A stretch of DNA of 64,000 bases from Octopus bimaculoides. Lineage: Eukaryota. Position 1 is the stretch's first letter. The number at the start of each line of letters is the position of its first letter. The notes beneath the pieces were generated by a model. The model saw only the letters and a list, made by a program, of their open reading frames with translations, did not search any database and was not told the DNA's origin. The DNA lies in the NCBI RefSeq assembly GCF_001194135.2, contig NC_068983.1, forward strand, positions 50,046,901-50,110,900, written 5' to 3'. The position numbers were made by a program, and so were the translations under genes. Shown piece by piece: positions 49,101 through 62,444 of the stretch.

Positions 49101-50467
49101 CTTTCACACTTCGTTCATTCCACTCTTCGTTCTTTCGTCCCCCCTCTCTCACATTTCCTGGCATTCTCTTCATGCTCACTTTCCCTCCTTTTTCACTTCA
49201 CTGTGTCTCTTTCATTTTTTTCCCGCCCCCACCCCCCTTAATTCTTCTCTGCCTTTACATCTCTCTCTTGTCTCCCCACGTGACCGATGTCCGGCAAGGC
49301 CTGACATTTCTTTCTTGGTTCGATTACCATCTGTGCAACATCTATATTTCTCCCTGTGCTTGTTAAATCCTATGTCCCTGCCGTAAGGCTTTACTTCGAC
49401 ACATGCTAGCTTAATTTAATTCGTCCCTAGTCGAAAGACACCTGTTCTTATGTCCTGTTAATTGCATTTGTATTTGTGTAACATTTCTCTGTTTTTTCCG
49501 TCCTTGATTTCGTATACCTTTGCTGCTTTCTTCCAAGGAATCTAATGCTCTTAGCTTATTTTTTCCTTGGGGGCTGGCCAGATTAGAGCAATCTCGAGTA
49601 TAACTAGCCGAAATTACAAAGATAATCTGGAACTCGACTGAGGATAGAAAATTCCGAATGACCCGTCATTGTGTTCCTTGTATAGTCTGTCTGGATATTT
49701 TTCTGTCCCTTTTTTGTATCACTTAACTATCTGGACGTTTTGCGTTCTTGTCCCATATATATATATTTATATATATATATATNNNNNNNNNNNNNNNNNN
49801 NNNNNNNNNNNNNNNNNNNNNNNNNNNNNNNNNNNNNNNNNNNNNNNNNNNNNNNNNNNNNNNNNNNNNNNNNNNNNNNNNNNNNNNNNNNNNNNNNNNN
49901 NNNNNNNNNNNNNNNNNNNNNNNNNNNNNNNNNNNNNNNNNNNNNNNNNNNNNNNNNNNNNNNNNNNNNNNNNNNNNNNNNNNNNNNNNNNNNNNNNNNN
50001 NNNNNNNNACTTCCCTTCATCGGAAACAGAAAAAATAAAGTAATCTATTATTATATCCATAGGCGGATATGTTTAGTATGAAGTGGTAAAGAGTGTGATG
50101 TGCTGAAAAAAGAGAGAACAGTACTTGAAGTGTAGTTTCATTCCAATGGTAAATATCCGTGTAGAAATCCGTGCAAAGTAATCCTTGTGTGAATAATCCG
50201 GAAATTTATGTTGGAACGAAAGTTGATATAGCATAGATAGCAGAGGTACATATATTCCATATTGCGATGGATTTTTGCTTGTTTACTTGAAGAATGTCCA
50301 AGTCAAGTGAAAAGTGAGCGGTAATTAGGTCAAGTCAAGAAGACAGAATGTGAAAGGGGATAGAGGAGATATAGAGGTGGAGGGTGGTAGCGATATATTT
50401 ATGGTCAGTTGGTCTTAACAGTTGGTCTCAACCTTATATATATATATATATATAAATATATATATAT

Positions 50468-50770
50468 GGCCTGTCAGCAGCAACTCTCTCCAGCAAGCGT
50501 TTGACTACAGTCGTCAGCAGCTTCACATACCTGCGTGAATTATACCAAAGGCTTTCATCAATGATGTGGGGTAGCATGGCATCACACCAATCGAAGACAC
50601 ACACAGAAACCATCACAGCTTTAGCGTAGTTAGTTCTCATGATGCCTGAGACACCACATAGTCTGTAGGCAACCGACCTTCTGTTTTTGTTGTTGAGCAA
50701 CGTATCCTGGCACAGGTTCCTTTCGTCAAAGTATCACCAGATAATCTCCAGCTGCGCATGCTCAATACAC
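50468..50770 (-). mobile_element. Tc1/mariner (DD37D-like) catalytic-domain fragment
   Basis: YFDERNLCQDTLLNNKNRRSVAYRLCGVSGIMRTNYAKAVMVSVCVFDWCDAMLPHIIDESLWYNSRRYVKLLTTVVKRLLERVAADRPY, from the first catalytic D to just before the QQD motif. Confidence 0.82.
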
Positions 50771-50774
50771 TCCT

Positions 50775-51135
50775 ACTCAGGTTTTCACGCTACATGAGAT
50801 TATGAATTTACTGGGACAACGTCAAAACAAAATATGTAATCTCTACTTTGGAATGATTGCTCTTTCTTCCATTTGAAACAAAGCGACACAAACACACGTA
50901 CACATATTTATGGGTAAATATATTTATATATAAATTTTATATACGAATATATCCAGACAAATACATAACTGCATAAGTGAGCATTTGTGTGTATTTGCAA
51001 CGTATTTTAACAGTTACATACCTACACATATATATTTAAACAATTACATACATAGGCACATACATATTGATATGCATGCATATATATTCGGACAAATATA
51101 AATAGGTACATACGTACATGCATATATATATATGT
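50775..51135 (+). repeat. Block Y of the old duplication (paralogue 63683-63990)
   Basis: Shared CGCTAC(A/G)TGAG(A/T)TTATGAATTTA(C/T)TGGGA, CTTTCTTCCATTTGAAA, AACTGCATAAGTGA(G/A)CATTTGTGTGTATTTG and TCGGACAAATATAAA. Confidence 0.8.
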
Positions 51136-51584
51136 ATNNNNNNNNNNNNNNNNNNNNNNNNNNNNNNNNNNNNNNNNNNNNNNNNNNNNNNNNNNNNNNN
51201 NNNNNNNNNNNNNNNNNNNNNNNNNNNNNNNNNNNNNNNNNNNNNNNNNNNNNTATATATATATATATATATCAAACGATTATACTCATATACATATGTA
51301 TGCATGGATATCAATACATATATCTACAAATAAATATCATTTGCGACACAGAGAAAACATGTATTCATGTTGTGATCTTTCAGTTTTATTTCTCATTGTC
51401 TGTCAACAATAGATTTATTGCCGTTTTACGGCGAAAATGAATTTGGGTTTCAAATTTTAATATTATTTACCGCCACATATACAAGCGCTGTCTTCTACTC
51501 CATTGACTTTATTCTATGATTACTCATGCATGACTCACTTGCCCTCTGTTTTCGTCTATCTATCCGCTTCCTCTCCTTAATGTG

Positions 51585-51648
<64 letters not shown>

Positions 51649-51703
51649 TATATGTAGACATGTATGNNNNNNNNNNGTAAGTATCTCTCTCTCCCTCTCT
51701 CTC

Positions 51704-51772
<69 letters not shown>

Positions 51773-52138
51773 ATGCATACATGCACACACATATACAAAC
51801 ACACGCTCGCACATATATCCCATACAGGCATTAATATTTACGATGTGTTTACGTTTTGCTTGAGATTTATTGCCAAACTTAAAAACTGACGAGAGAGGAC
51901 TAAAATATTTTCATTATAAATGTAAAACACTGTTAAATTACTTATACACAATCACACACACGCACACACAGACACATAGACACGCACACATTTGCACTCA
52001 CATACTTATAAACTTACACCGATCGGTGTATACGTTATTCAACATATTTTATACAGTCCTGCAGAAATGCGTCTGTCAATATAATTGGTTATAAACTTGT
52101 ATGTTCTTTAGTGTACCCTTTATCTGTAACTGTGTATA

Positions 52139-52175
<37 letters not shown>

Positions 52176-52650
52176 NNNNNNNNNNNNNNNNNNNNNNNNN
52201 NNNNNNNNNNNNNNNNNNNNNNNNNNNNNNNNNNNNNNNNNNNNNNNNNNNNNNNNNNNNNNNNNNNNNNNNNNNNNNNNNNNNNNNNNNNNNNNNNNNN
52301 NNNNNNNNNNNNNNNNNNNNNNNNNNNNNNNNNNNNNNNNNNNNNNNNNNNNNNNNNNNNNNNNNNNNNNNNNNNNNNNNNNNNNNNNNNNNNNNNNNNN
52401 NNNNNNNNNNNNNNNNNNNNNNNNNNNNNNNNNNNNNNNNNNNNNNNNNNNNNNNNNNNNNNNNNNNNNNNNNNNNNNNNNNNNNNNNNNNNNNNNNNNN
52501 NNNNNNNNNNNNNNNNNNNNNNNNNNNNNNNNNNNNNNNNNNNNNNNNNNNNNNNNNNNNNNNNNNNNNNNNNNNNNNNNNNNNNNNNNNNNNNNNNNNN
52601 NNNNNNNNNNNNNNNNNNNNNNNNNNNNNNNNNNNNNNNNNNNNNNNNNT

Positions 52651-53144
52651 ATGCAGTTCAATGCAAACAAATTTCAAGTACTGCGCTACAAGACCACAAG
52701 TGCCTCCCAACTGGCATACAGAGGACCTGGAGGTACTGCAATCCCAGAACCACAAACAGTAAGAGATCTGGGCATCAACATGTGTAGTGATGCATCATTT
52801 CACATGCACATTGTCAAGTTGACAGCAAAGTGCAGACAACTGGCAGGGTGGATACTGAGGACATTCCGTACAGGGGATCAAAAAGTCATGTTGACTCTAT
52901 GGAAGACATTTGTTCTGAGCCGCCTAGACTATTGCTCTCAGTTGTGGTCACCACACAGTGTTAAGCGGACAGCAGAACGCAAGGCAATTCAGCAGCACTA
53001 TACAAAAAAGATCTCCACAGTCCAACAGATGAACTACAGGGAGCGACTGAAGGCACTAGGTCTCTACTCCCTGGAGCGCAGGCGGGAGTGATATGTAATA
53101 ATATACATATGGAAAATACTGGAAGGACTGGTGCCAAACTTTGG
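52651..53144 (+). mobile_element. CR1/L2-group LINE reverse transcriptase C-terminal fragment, between two gaps
   Basis: MQFNANKFQVLRY..VRDLGINMCSDASFHMHIVKLTAKCRQLAGWILRTF..LTLWKTFVLSRLDYCSQLWSPH..AIQQHYTKKI..MNYRERLKALGLYSLERRRE*YVIIYIWKILEGLVPNF; one in-frame stop. Confidence 0.92.
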
Positions 53145-54026
53145 NNNNNNNNNNNNNNNNNNNNNNNNNNNNNNNNNNNNNNNNNNNNNNNNNNNNNNNN
53201 NNNNNNNNNNNNNNNNNNNNNNNNNNNNNNNNNNNNNNNNNNNNNNNNNNNNNNNNNNNNNNNNNNNNNNNNNNNNNNNNNNNNNNNNNNNNNNNNNNNN
53301 NNNNNNNNNNNNNNNNNNNNNNNNNNNNNNNNNNNNNNNNNNNNNNNNNNNNNNNNNNNNNNNNNNNNNNNNNNNNNNNNNNNNNNNNNNNNNNNNNNNN
53401 NNNNNNNNNNNNNNNNNNNNNNNNNNNNNNNNNNNNNNNNNNNNNNNNNNNNNNNNNNNNNNNNNNNNNNNNNNNNNNNNNNNNNNNNNNNNNNNNNNNN
53501 NNNNNNNNNNNNNNNNNNNNNNNNNNNNNNNNNNNNNNNNNNNNNNNNNNNNNNNNNNNNNNNNNNNNNNNNNNNNNNNNNNNNNNNNNNNNNNNNNNNN
53601 NNNNNNNNNNNNNNNNNNNNNNNNNNNNNNNNNNNNNNNNNNNNNNNNNNNNNNNNNNNNNNNNNNNNNNNNNNNNNNNNNNNNNNNNNNNNNNNNNNNN
53701 NNNNNNNNNNNNNNNNNNNNNNNNNNNNNNNNNNNNNNNNNNNNNNNNNNNNNNNNNNNNNNNNNNNNNNNNNNNNNNNNNNNNNNNNNNNNNNNNNNNN
53801 NNNNNNNNNNNNNNNNNNNNNNNNNNNNNNNNNNNNNNNNNNNNNNNNNNNNNNNNNNNNNNNNNNNNNNNNNNNNNNNNNNNNNNNNNNNNNNNNNNNN
53901 NNNNNNNNNNNNNNNNNNNNNNNNNNNNNNNNNNNNNNNNNNNNNNNNNNNNNNNNNNNNNNNNNNNNNNNNNNNNNNNNNNNNNNNNNNNNNNNNNNNN
54001 NNNNTATATATATATATATATATATT

Positions 54027-54375
54027 GGCGCAGGAGCGGCTGTGTGTTAAGTAGCTTGCTTACCAACCACATGGTTCCGGGTTCATTTCAACTGTGTGGC
54101 ACCTTGGGCAAGTATCTTCTGCTGTAGCCTCGGGCCGACCAAAGCCTTGTGAGTAGATTTGGTAGACGGAAACTGAAAGAAGCCTGTCGTATATATGTAT
54201 ATGCATATATATGTGTGTGTGTGTGTGTGTGTGATTGTGTCTGTGTTTATCTCCCCAGCATCACTTGACAACCGATGCTGGTGTGTTTACTAGCGGTTCG
54301 GCGAAAGGGACCGATAGAATAAGTACTAGGCTTACAAAGAATAAGTCCTGGGGTCAATTTGCTCGACTAAAGGCA
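54027..54375 (+). mobile_element. SINE family B
   Basis: GGCGCAGGAGCGGCTGTGTGTTAAGTAGCTTGCTTACCAACCACATGGTTCCGGGTTC..GAAGCCTGTCG-(TA/TG)n..GCTCGACTAAAGGC. Confidence 0.9.
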
Positions 54376-54790
54376 ATGCTGCAGGAAATTATCGCATTGG
54401 AGCTTCCGGTGCCAACGCCAAGTAGTACAGCATGTCATTTCCAAATTTCTGGCAGAGATAATTGCATCATTGTGGTGGTTTTCTCACAGACGGTGACCAA
54501 CTGACCCTACTATACTGTGTCGGCGACAAATAATGCGCGTGCATGAAATCAGAAGGTAGAAATGGCGACAATTTACCCATTGCACCCTGTACATGTGTGT
54601 GTGTGTGTATGCATATGCAGATGTGAACTTATGCGACACTACAGTAGTAAACATGGTTGGAGTCACTTTTGTTCAAAGAAATGCAGTTATTTGGATTTCA
54701 ACTTTATTGAGGTCTTCATTAATCCTAATGATGGTGAAAATTCAAAATTACTGTCATTGTGTATTGTTAAAAGTCCCAGTACAAGATGTA

Positions 54791-55347
54791 GGCGCAATGG
54801 CCCAGTAGTTAGGGCAGCGGACTCGCGGTCATAGGATCGTAGTTTCGATCCCCAGACGGCGTTGTGAGTGTTTTTTGAGCGAAAACACCTAAAGCTCCAC
54901 GAGGCTCCGGCAGGGGATGGTGGCGAACCCTGCTGTACTCTTTCACCACAACTTTCTCTCATTCTTTGTTCCTGTTTCTGTTGTGCCTGTAATTCAAAGG
55001 GTCAGCTTTGTCACACTCTGTGTCACGCTGAATATCCCCGAGAACTACATTTAAGGGTACACGTGTCTGTGGANNNNNNNNNNCCGGCAGGGGATGGTGG
55101 CGAACCCTGCTGTACTCTTTCACCACAACTTTCTCTCATTCTTTGTTCCTGTTTCTGTTGTGCCTGTAATTCAAAGGGTCAGCTTTGTCACACTCTGTGT
55201 CACGCTGAATATCCCCGAGAACTACATTTAAGGGTACACGTGTCTGTGGAGTGCTCAGCCACTTGCACGTTAATTTCTCGAGCAGGCTGTTCCGTTGATG
55301 GGATGAACTCGAACCCTCGACGTCGTAAGCGACGGAGTGCCAACAAC
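54791..55347 (+). mobile_element. SINE family C (H1+T1); the internal ~166-bp duplication across a 10-N gap is probably an assembly artefact
   Basis: GGCGCAATGGCCCAGTAGTTAGGGCAGCGGACTCGCGG..GTAAGCGACGGAGTGCCAACAAC; 54907-55072 is repeated identically at 55084-55249. Confidence 0.9.
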
Positions 55348-55809
55348 ATGATATAGACCTCGCACCATTTTGACTGTCCAAGTTTAAATGAAAGTTCTAC
55401 TTCATGTCGCCTCTGTGGCTTGTGGCTTCATTAAAACCATCATGTCTGCTTAATGCATGAAACTCACACTCAACAGATATTTCCAATATTTTCTATATTA
55501 TTACTTTATTCTCTTCAAACAAATGTAATAATCCTATCCTTTATTTCTATTATCAATATGTTTTAAAAAAAGTACTGCATTAACGATATTTGGTACACTT
55601 CGCATTGTCAAAAATATTGATATTTTATTGTCCATAATATTTCGAATTCATTAAATTTTCAAATTATATGAAATGTTTATATTTCTATTCATATTTTGTT
55701 TCTGCTTTTAGGAATTTTCCAGTTAGATTAAAAAACAGTTCTTATGTATTTGAAAATGAAGTAGAGTAAGCAAACTGCAATCGCAGTTACAATCATATCA
55801 TCTCTCTTT

Positions 55810-56050
55810 TATTTATTTCAGTCATTGAACTGCGGCCACTCTGGGGCACTACTTTGCAGGGACTTTAGCCGATGAATCGATCTCAGTTCTTCTTTTTTTT
55901 AAGTTTATTACTTCTATTGGCCTCCATTGCTGAACCACTTAGTTACGGGAACATACACAAAGCAACACTGGTTGTCAAGGTATTGGGGACAAACACATAC
56001 AGTGACACATCTGCACGCGCACACAGTCATGGATATGTGTGTATATGTAA

Positions 56051-56108
<58 letters not shown>

Positions 56109-56400
56109 GTGTGTGTGTGAAGGCGCAATGGCCCAGTGGTTAGGGCAGTGGAATCGCGGTCGGAGGATCGTGGTTTCGATTCCCAGACCGGACGTTCTTT
56201 ATTGAGCGAAAACACCTGGCAACACGTACGCCATAGAAACCGGGCCTATGAAACTGGCTAGGCTTTAAAAGGGCGCACAAAAAAAAAATATATATGTATA
56301 TATATATATATATCTACGACAGGCTACTTTCACTTTCAGTTTCCGCCCACCAAAACCACTCACAATGCTTTGTTCAGCTCAGGGAGGGCTATAGCCGAAA
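55810..56400 (-). mobile_element. SINE family B interrupted within its microsatellite by another SINE
   Basis: 3' half at 55810-56000 (TTCAGTCATTGAACTGCGGCCA..GGGGACAAACAC); 5'-half remnant at 56315-56400 (TTTCAGTTTCCGCCCACCAAAACCACTCACAATGCTTTG). Confidence 0.6.
56122..56277 (+). mobile_element. Short SINE, head H1 + tail T2
   Basis: GGCGCAATGGCCCAGTGGTTAGGGCAGTGGAATCGCGGTCGGAGGATCGTGGTTTCGATTCCCAGACC joined to ACACGTACGCCATAGAAACCGGGCCTATGAAACTGGCTAGGCTTTAAAAGGGCGCA. Confidence 0.8.
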
Positions 56401-59329
56401 GTGTTTTATTCCGTAAGAATATTACAATCAATTAATGGTTTCTTATAAAATTCTTCAAGGCAACACTCCAGGGAAACATGCGATTAGGGTAGGAATACCA
56501 GATCGCTGAAATTCTGGGAAGGAAGAACCAAACGTAGAAATTAGTGCGAATTTTGGCGGGATAGCTATGACAAGGATGATAAAAAGAAGATTTTGAAATC
56601 GAGAAGATGAAAACCCGAAAGAAACATCTAGGATGGATCGTTGTTATTAAGTTGTAGACATTATACATCAATGTTTAACCCCACCAGCTGAGTGTTGGAC
56701 ACCTGCACAGAGTAACCACTTCCTGCAGGCATTAGTATAAAGTTTCAGTGTGACTATAATTTATTTGATTTGTCTCACAATTGAGTTAATTGCCCTTCAA
56801 CCCTCATATATTTCATTACATATAATAAGTAAAAAAAAAATTAAGCTAAGTAAATTTAATTAGCAATAATTATATATCTGTCAATTACAAGTCTAAACAA
56901 ATCAGTGTACATTTAATTGCTTTTCATTATTTTTTGGATGCTTTACAATTTCCTCATTTAAATAATATTATTTTCTTTGCATGTGAGTAGGTGGTCAATT
57001 ACACTAATAATGATAGTTTACTTGGTGGTGTTTGAATGAACTACGCTGTATTATATTATATATATCTATGTTATTGATTACAGAGAATTTGAGACTGATT
57101 GGAGAGATAGTACGCGGTCGCTCCTGCTACTAGAAATAGAAAACAACTCACCCTCTCTCTCTCTCTCAACAAATCACACCATAATATGTAAGACAAAGAA
57201 TGTCAGTATGCATGTAGCTAGTTACTATGCCAAGATAAATGTGAAACCGATATCTAATCATACCTCTACTGGTACAGTCACATCTATCACCTATTATTAC
57301 AACCATCAGGATCAGAAATAGAGTGTTCATCAGTGAATCTCCTTGTACAGACTTTTCTACTGAATATTAGTACCGTCTGTAGCAATAGATCTAAGGCATG
57401 AAGTCAACACCTCCCCTGCAACTATACATTCTATAGTTTACAATTAGAACTCTTACGCATTTAGCCATGAAATCTTCAGGCTCAGACATTTCGTTGACAC
57501 ATAATTCCAATTCCATTATCTTAACTGCAACTAAATACTTTCTAGGCCTATGCGGTATGTCTTAGAATGGTATTAAATGGGCAAATAGGATCCAAACGAC
57601 TTTTACCATGCACAACCAAATGGATCCATCTCTTCAGCAATAACATACGATGTTTGTTTTAAGTGTGAGGCGCTATCACGCTGTACAAATAAATTTTGCA
57701 AAATTGATACCCCCCCCCGCCCCAAAAAAAAACAAATACGCAATATGTTGCATTAGCGATATATAATGCATGAATCTAATTTCATCTTTGTTTCTTAATG
57801 TGTAATATTATTTTAAAATAAAGTATGTCAAGTTTATATCTTGATCCTGCTTGAACAGAATTAATATAAAGATAATGCACCATTTTCTATAGGTAGACAT
57901 TGCTCACCTAACACGCCAACATTATGCGCTTTTGCTCTCTATTTCTCCTCCTACTCTATTGTACCTCAAATGTTTTTCTCACGTTTCACTACGATGCGTG
58001 AAGAAGTGATGTAGAGTAGAGGAGTAGGGGTGAGTACATCGCGCACACTACCACCCACTCTTCTCGTGAACTTTTTTAATTACAATGTTTGTCTATAATT
58101 ATTATCTTACAGAAGTTTTCAATGCGCAGCATATTTATCAGTTGAACCAATTCAAGAAAAATTATAGAAAATTATAACCACATCCTCGTTCTAACAAATA
58201 TACAATGTAAGAAATCGAATGTTACAATTCAAAATATTCAACCTTATATTTATGCTAATTATATAAAATAATTCTTGTTAGAAATCAAATTCATTTTGTT
58301 AATTAGCGTGGCCTAAAAATATCTTCTGTTGAAAAATCAACGTTGCAATATTCTCATGTTTATATCTAATTAAATAAATTCATTCCTGTTGTTTAGCTTT
58401 AGGTCAAACCTGATCAGGCGGATGTATGATTAATTCATAGCTTGCCTTAAACAAGAAAACGATTTTTTCTTAGCACAGTTTATCTAAGATTACAATATCT
58501 AACCCATTCTTTCTTTTTAAGATGATAGCTCGTATTGATGAATGTGTATTAAAAGTTTTTGTATATCGAATAACCACTTGCTGAATTCCTACTTGAAACT
58601 AAATTTGTGAATTATTTTTTCTAAAGTTTAAAAATAGTTTAGTTTGATCGCCATTCATAATTAATTAAAACGGAAATAAGAGCTTGGAAATATCCTTACG
58701 AAAACGAAGTCATTGGCCATTTTATTTTAATGATTTTATGTCGTAGTTCTTCCAAAAACATTTTATTTCGTTAAAAAATATAGAGGCAACAAATAAAAAA
58801 TATTAAAATAAGCTAACACATTCTAAAAAATCGAAAACGTTATATAATAAAAATAAAACACATACTTCTTATTATTGGAATTATTCCTTATTCTCTTTCC
58901 ATCTGTCACAACTTTCAAATTTTATTTTCTCATTTTCCCTCCGTTTCAGAAATATTAAAAAAAGTATCCGAAATTACTTATACAAAACTGGTTGTTATCG
59001 ATAAACCACATCCACCGTATCCGCTGGTTACATGAAACCCTGACAAACTATAAAGACCTCTTAATCTAATATACTCTATGTTATTGCGTTATTCTGTTCA
59101 AGCATTTTAATCATTCTAATGTTTTCCCCATTACCTACGTTTGCAAAAAATATATTACAGTACTTCTGTCAGGTATAATTCACCTTGTCAATGGTATTGA
59201 TTTTTCTCTGTTTATTTTGAAGGTAAAGTCAACAGAGGAATTTATTCATCTGTCCCATTTCAGTTAACAACAACCAGAACGTTGTCACGCGCACGTCCGA
59301 TTATATGCACACAGTATTAGTGACACCCA

Positions 59330-60090
59330 AGGCGGCGAGCTGGCAGAAACGTTAGTACGCCGGGCAAAATGCTTAGCGGTATTTCGTCTGCCGTTACGTT
59401 CTGAGTTCAAATTCTGCCGAGGTCGACTTTGCCTTTCATCCTTTCGGGGTCGATAAATTAAGTACCAGTTACGCACTGGGATCGATGTAATCGACTTAAT
59501 CCCTTTGTCACTCCTTGTTTGTCCTCTCTATGTTTAGCCCCTTGTGGGCAATAAAGAAATAAGAAACGTTAACACACCTATCAAAATGCTTAGTGGTATT
59601 TTATCCGTCTTTACGTTCTGAGTTCAAATTCCACCGAGGTCGACTTTGCCTTTCATCCTTTCGGAGTCGACTAAATATGTACCAGTTACGCACTGGGGTC
59701 GATGTAATCGGTTTATTCCTCTCCCCCAAATTTGAGGCCTTGTGCTTCCAATAGAATGGATACTTTCTAATATTCTTTCGAGGGTCATTACAATAAATAC
59801 CAGTCGAACACAGTGATTGATGTAATCGATTAGTTCCCTCCCCCAGAATTTCAGGCCTTGAGTCTGTAATAATAATGATTATGATTATTATTTCTGAGGT
59901 GGTAATTTGGCGAAAGCGTCAGTTCGCCGGACAAACTGCTTAACGACAGTTCGTCCGTCTTCATGTTCTGTGTTCAAATTCTACCGAGATAGACTTTGCC
60001 TTTCCTCCTTTTGGGGGTTAATAAACTAAGTACCAGTCAAATTCTGAGGTCGACGTAATCGACTAACCCCCTCCTCCAAAATTTCAGGTA
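59330..60090 (+). mobile_element. Head-to-tail array of about 4 SINE family A units (one intact, the others progressively degraded)
   Basis: GGCGGCGAGCTGGCAGAAACGTTAGTACGCCGGGC..GAGTTCAAATTCTGCCGAGGTCGACTTTGCCTTTCATCCTTTCGGGGTCGATAAATTAAGTACCAG at 59331-59470; repeats near 59570, 59770 (partial) and 59895. Confidence 0.9.
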
Positions 60091-60222
60091 GGGAAAGAAT
60101 TACTACTACTACTACTACTACTACTACATTAAGTAACACATTATTGTGTCCATATGCGCCACATTTCCTTCTAGAACTTATTTCTCTGTAAATATTATTT
60201 TAATTTCAATAGGCTTCACGTA

Positions 60223-60379
60223 GGCGCAGGGGTGGCTGTGTGGTAAGTAGCTTGATTACCAACCACATGATCCCGGTTCAGTTTCACTGCGTGGAACCTT
60301 GGGCAAGTGTCTTCTACTATAGCCTCGGGCCGACGAAAGCCTTGTGAGTGGATTTGGTAGACGGAAACTGAGAGAATTC

Positions 60380-60467
<88 letters not shown>

Positions 60468-60679
60468 AGTGTTTGTGTTCGTGTCTGTGATAGTTCCCGC
60501 AGCGTCGCTTGACAACCGATGCTGGTGTGTTTACGTCACCGTAACCTAGCGGTTCGGCAAAAGATACCGATAGAATAAGTACTAGGCTTACAAAGAATAA
60601 GCTCAGGGTTCAATTTGCTCGACTATAAAGGCGGTGCTCCAGCATGGCCGCAGTCAAATGACTGAAACAAGTAAAAGAG
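60223..60679 (+). mobile_element. SINE family B, full length
   Basis: GGCGCAGGGGTGGCTGTGTGGTAAGTAGCTTG..(TA)n(TG)n..CAGCATGGCCGCAGTCAAATGACTGAAACAAGTAAAAGAG. Confidence 0.92.
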
Positions 60680-60879
60680 TGTTAAGTAAACGATTTTTGT
60701 ATTTTGGTTCCTGTGTACACCAAAATATGAAGAAAACATTGAAACTGAGTCTAAAATCAACGATGTGATTGAAATAAAAGTGATTAGTTTAGACGCAATT
60801 GATGTTGCTGCGTGAAAGTTTAATTTGTTTTTCTTTTTATTGTAATATGATTGCTTAGTAAAACAGTATATGTTTTAAA

Positions 60880-61300
60880 TCTAGATATGAAATTAATATT
60901 GTAGCTATTTTGGTGAGTATTTGTGTTTTGTGTTTGTTCCAGATGGGAGAGCAGGCGCATTGAGAATAGCATTACGCAGTAATGGTCTTCTGTTTTGTTA
61001 GTGTGTGTAGCTAGGATTTGTATTGCTTCAATCTGTTGGTGGTCTTTGAATGTTTGCATTTTGGAATTGTTAGTTTGGTGATTTGATTAATACTTCCTTT
61101 GTATTCTGGAAATAGAATCGGCGTGTTGTATACTTCTCTTAGATACTTCTCTACGAGTGATATTATTGCGCGTAGAGTAACTTTAACATGTTAGCAACTG
61201 TTGTTTATAAGTAGTGTTGTGTTGGATTTAATTTGATTTAATTTTAGCTCTGTTGGAAATACATCCAAGTACTTCTGAGAAAATAATTATAAAATAAAAT
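60880..61300 (-). mobile_element. Possible old LINE (Jockey/I-like) C-terminal remnant
   Basis: Minus strand LRAIISLVEKYLREVYNTPILFPEYKGSINQITKLT loosely resembles LR.I....RY....LH....I..I...I.KLT; strong A/C strand bias. Confidence 0.3.
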
Positions 61301-61895
61301 GTTTATGGCTTAGTCAGAGGGGAAACACCCATCCATTATCGAGACTGGCTTCCAATTCTGAAGTAGAAAAAAACAGGATAAATATACAACTGCAGAGTTA
61401 ACCTTATACCAGAGACCTACTCCAAATGGTTGCAAGAGAGTTGACTTCAGTAGAGAAGTACAAGGATTATATTAGCTGTGGCAGATTGGGTCTACCTCAA
61501 AGGAATATGTGACGTTTGTCGAGACTTTGTACACCTTATTGTTTCAATGATGTTGCTTAATGCCTCCAACGTATATTTGTCGTGTTGTTTAGCCTAATAT
61601 AAATATTGAACTTGACTTTTGAGCTGTGTCTATCTTTTCTTTTTCTCAGTACAGTACGTACATTATATATTGTGTCCTTCCTTCTTTGAAGCTGGATAGT
61701 AGTGATATTTGGTTATTGTTTCCATCATAATATCATGCTTATTTTACGAGACAAATATATTTGTCCACCGCCTACTTGATGTATGGCAATGAAATATTTA
61801 TATGAAGTGGATGACATATTACAAAACAAACGAAGTTTATAACAGATTAATTTAATATTAGCACTGATATTTTACCTAAAGCTGCTTCTTTCCTT

Positions 61896-62265
61896 CTGCG
61901 TTCCACATGTGTTCTGGTTGTTTTAAGAGATAATGCTTTCAATGACAATACAATAATTGTTTCGCAGTTTATTACAGACAATTCAAGTGCTATTGCATTC
62001 TATATTTTTCTGTGATTCATGTATGAAAGTAAGAATATAGTGCAAGGAAACATTGGACATGCTAATGTAAAACTAGTTCTTCATTCAATCACAGATTTTG
62101 GAATCTCTGATTTAACTGTAATTAGATGAAATGGCATGACACATTGCTCTCCTGTAAAGAGTAAGAGATCAGTTAATTAAATACTGATTCAATAGCTTGC
62201 AGATATCAGTTAACACCATTCCAACATTCTAGTGGTATCAACAGCTGTGTTAAAATATCCATTCA
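61896..62265 (+). repeat. Block X paralogue of 48526-48900
   Basis: e.g. GTTCTGGTTGTTTTAAGAGA, CATGTATGAAAGTAAGAATATAGTGCAAGGAAACATTGGACATGC, CATGACACATTGCTCTC, GATTCAATAGCTTGCAGATA. Confidence 0.8.
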
Positions 62266-62444
62266 GCGATAGTTCGATGACCTTTCTTTTTAGAATTGTA
62301 AACTGTTTAAACTGGAAATATTGACTGTGTGTTCGGGCTAAACAGGACAGATTGGATAAACGGATAAGTAAACAAAGTATTCCTTCTAAAAATAAAGATA
62401 TTTAAAAAAATCAAAAACTATGAACTGAATTATTCCTGGGTGAT

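Noticed and set aside
49100-49770. Pyrimidine-rich segment with degenerate CTG..GAAA-like motifs (near 49378 and 49638), possible PLE terminal repeat
   Set aside because: No motif has core and stems together; a consensus would be needed to judge.
573-54127. Many long ORFs in the track (up to 386 aa) with X runs or poly-YI, poly-HT, poly-CV, poly-L and poly-S stretches
   Set aside because: They read through N gaps and di/trinucleotide microsatellites; there is no real coding signal.
54907-55249. Exact ~166-bp internal duplication in a SINE; a similar mirrored repeat surrounds the gap at 51667
   Set aside because: Identical copies on either side of a 10-N gap indicate an unmerged contig overlap.
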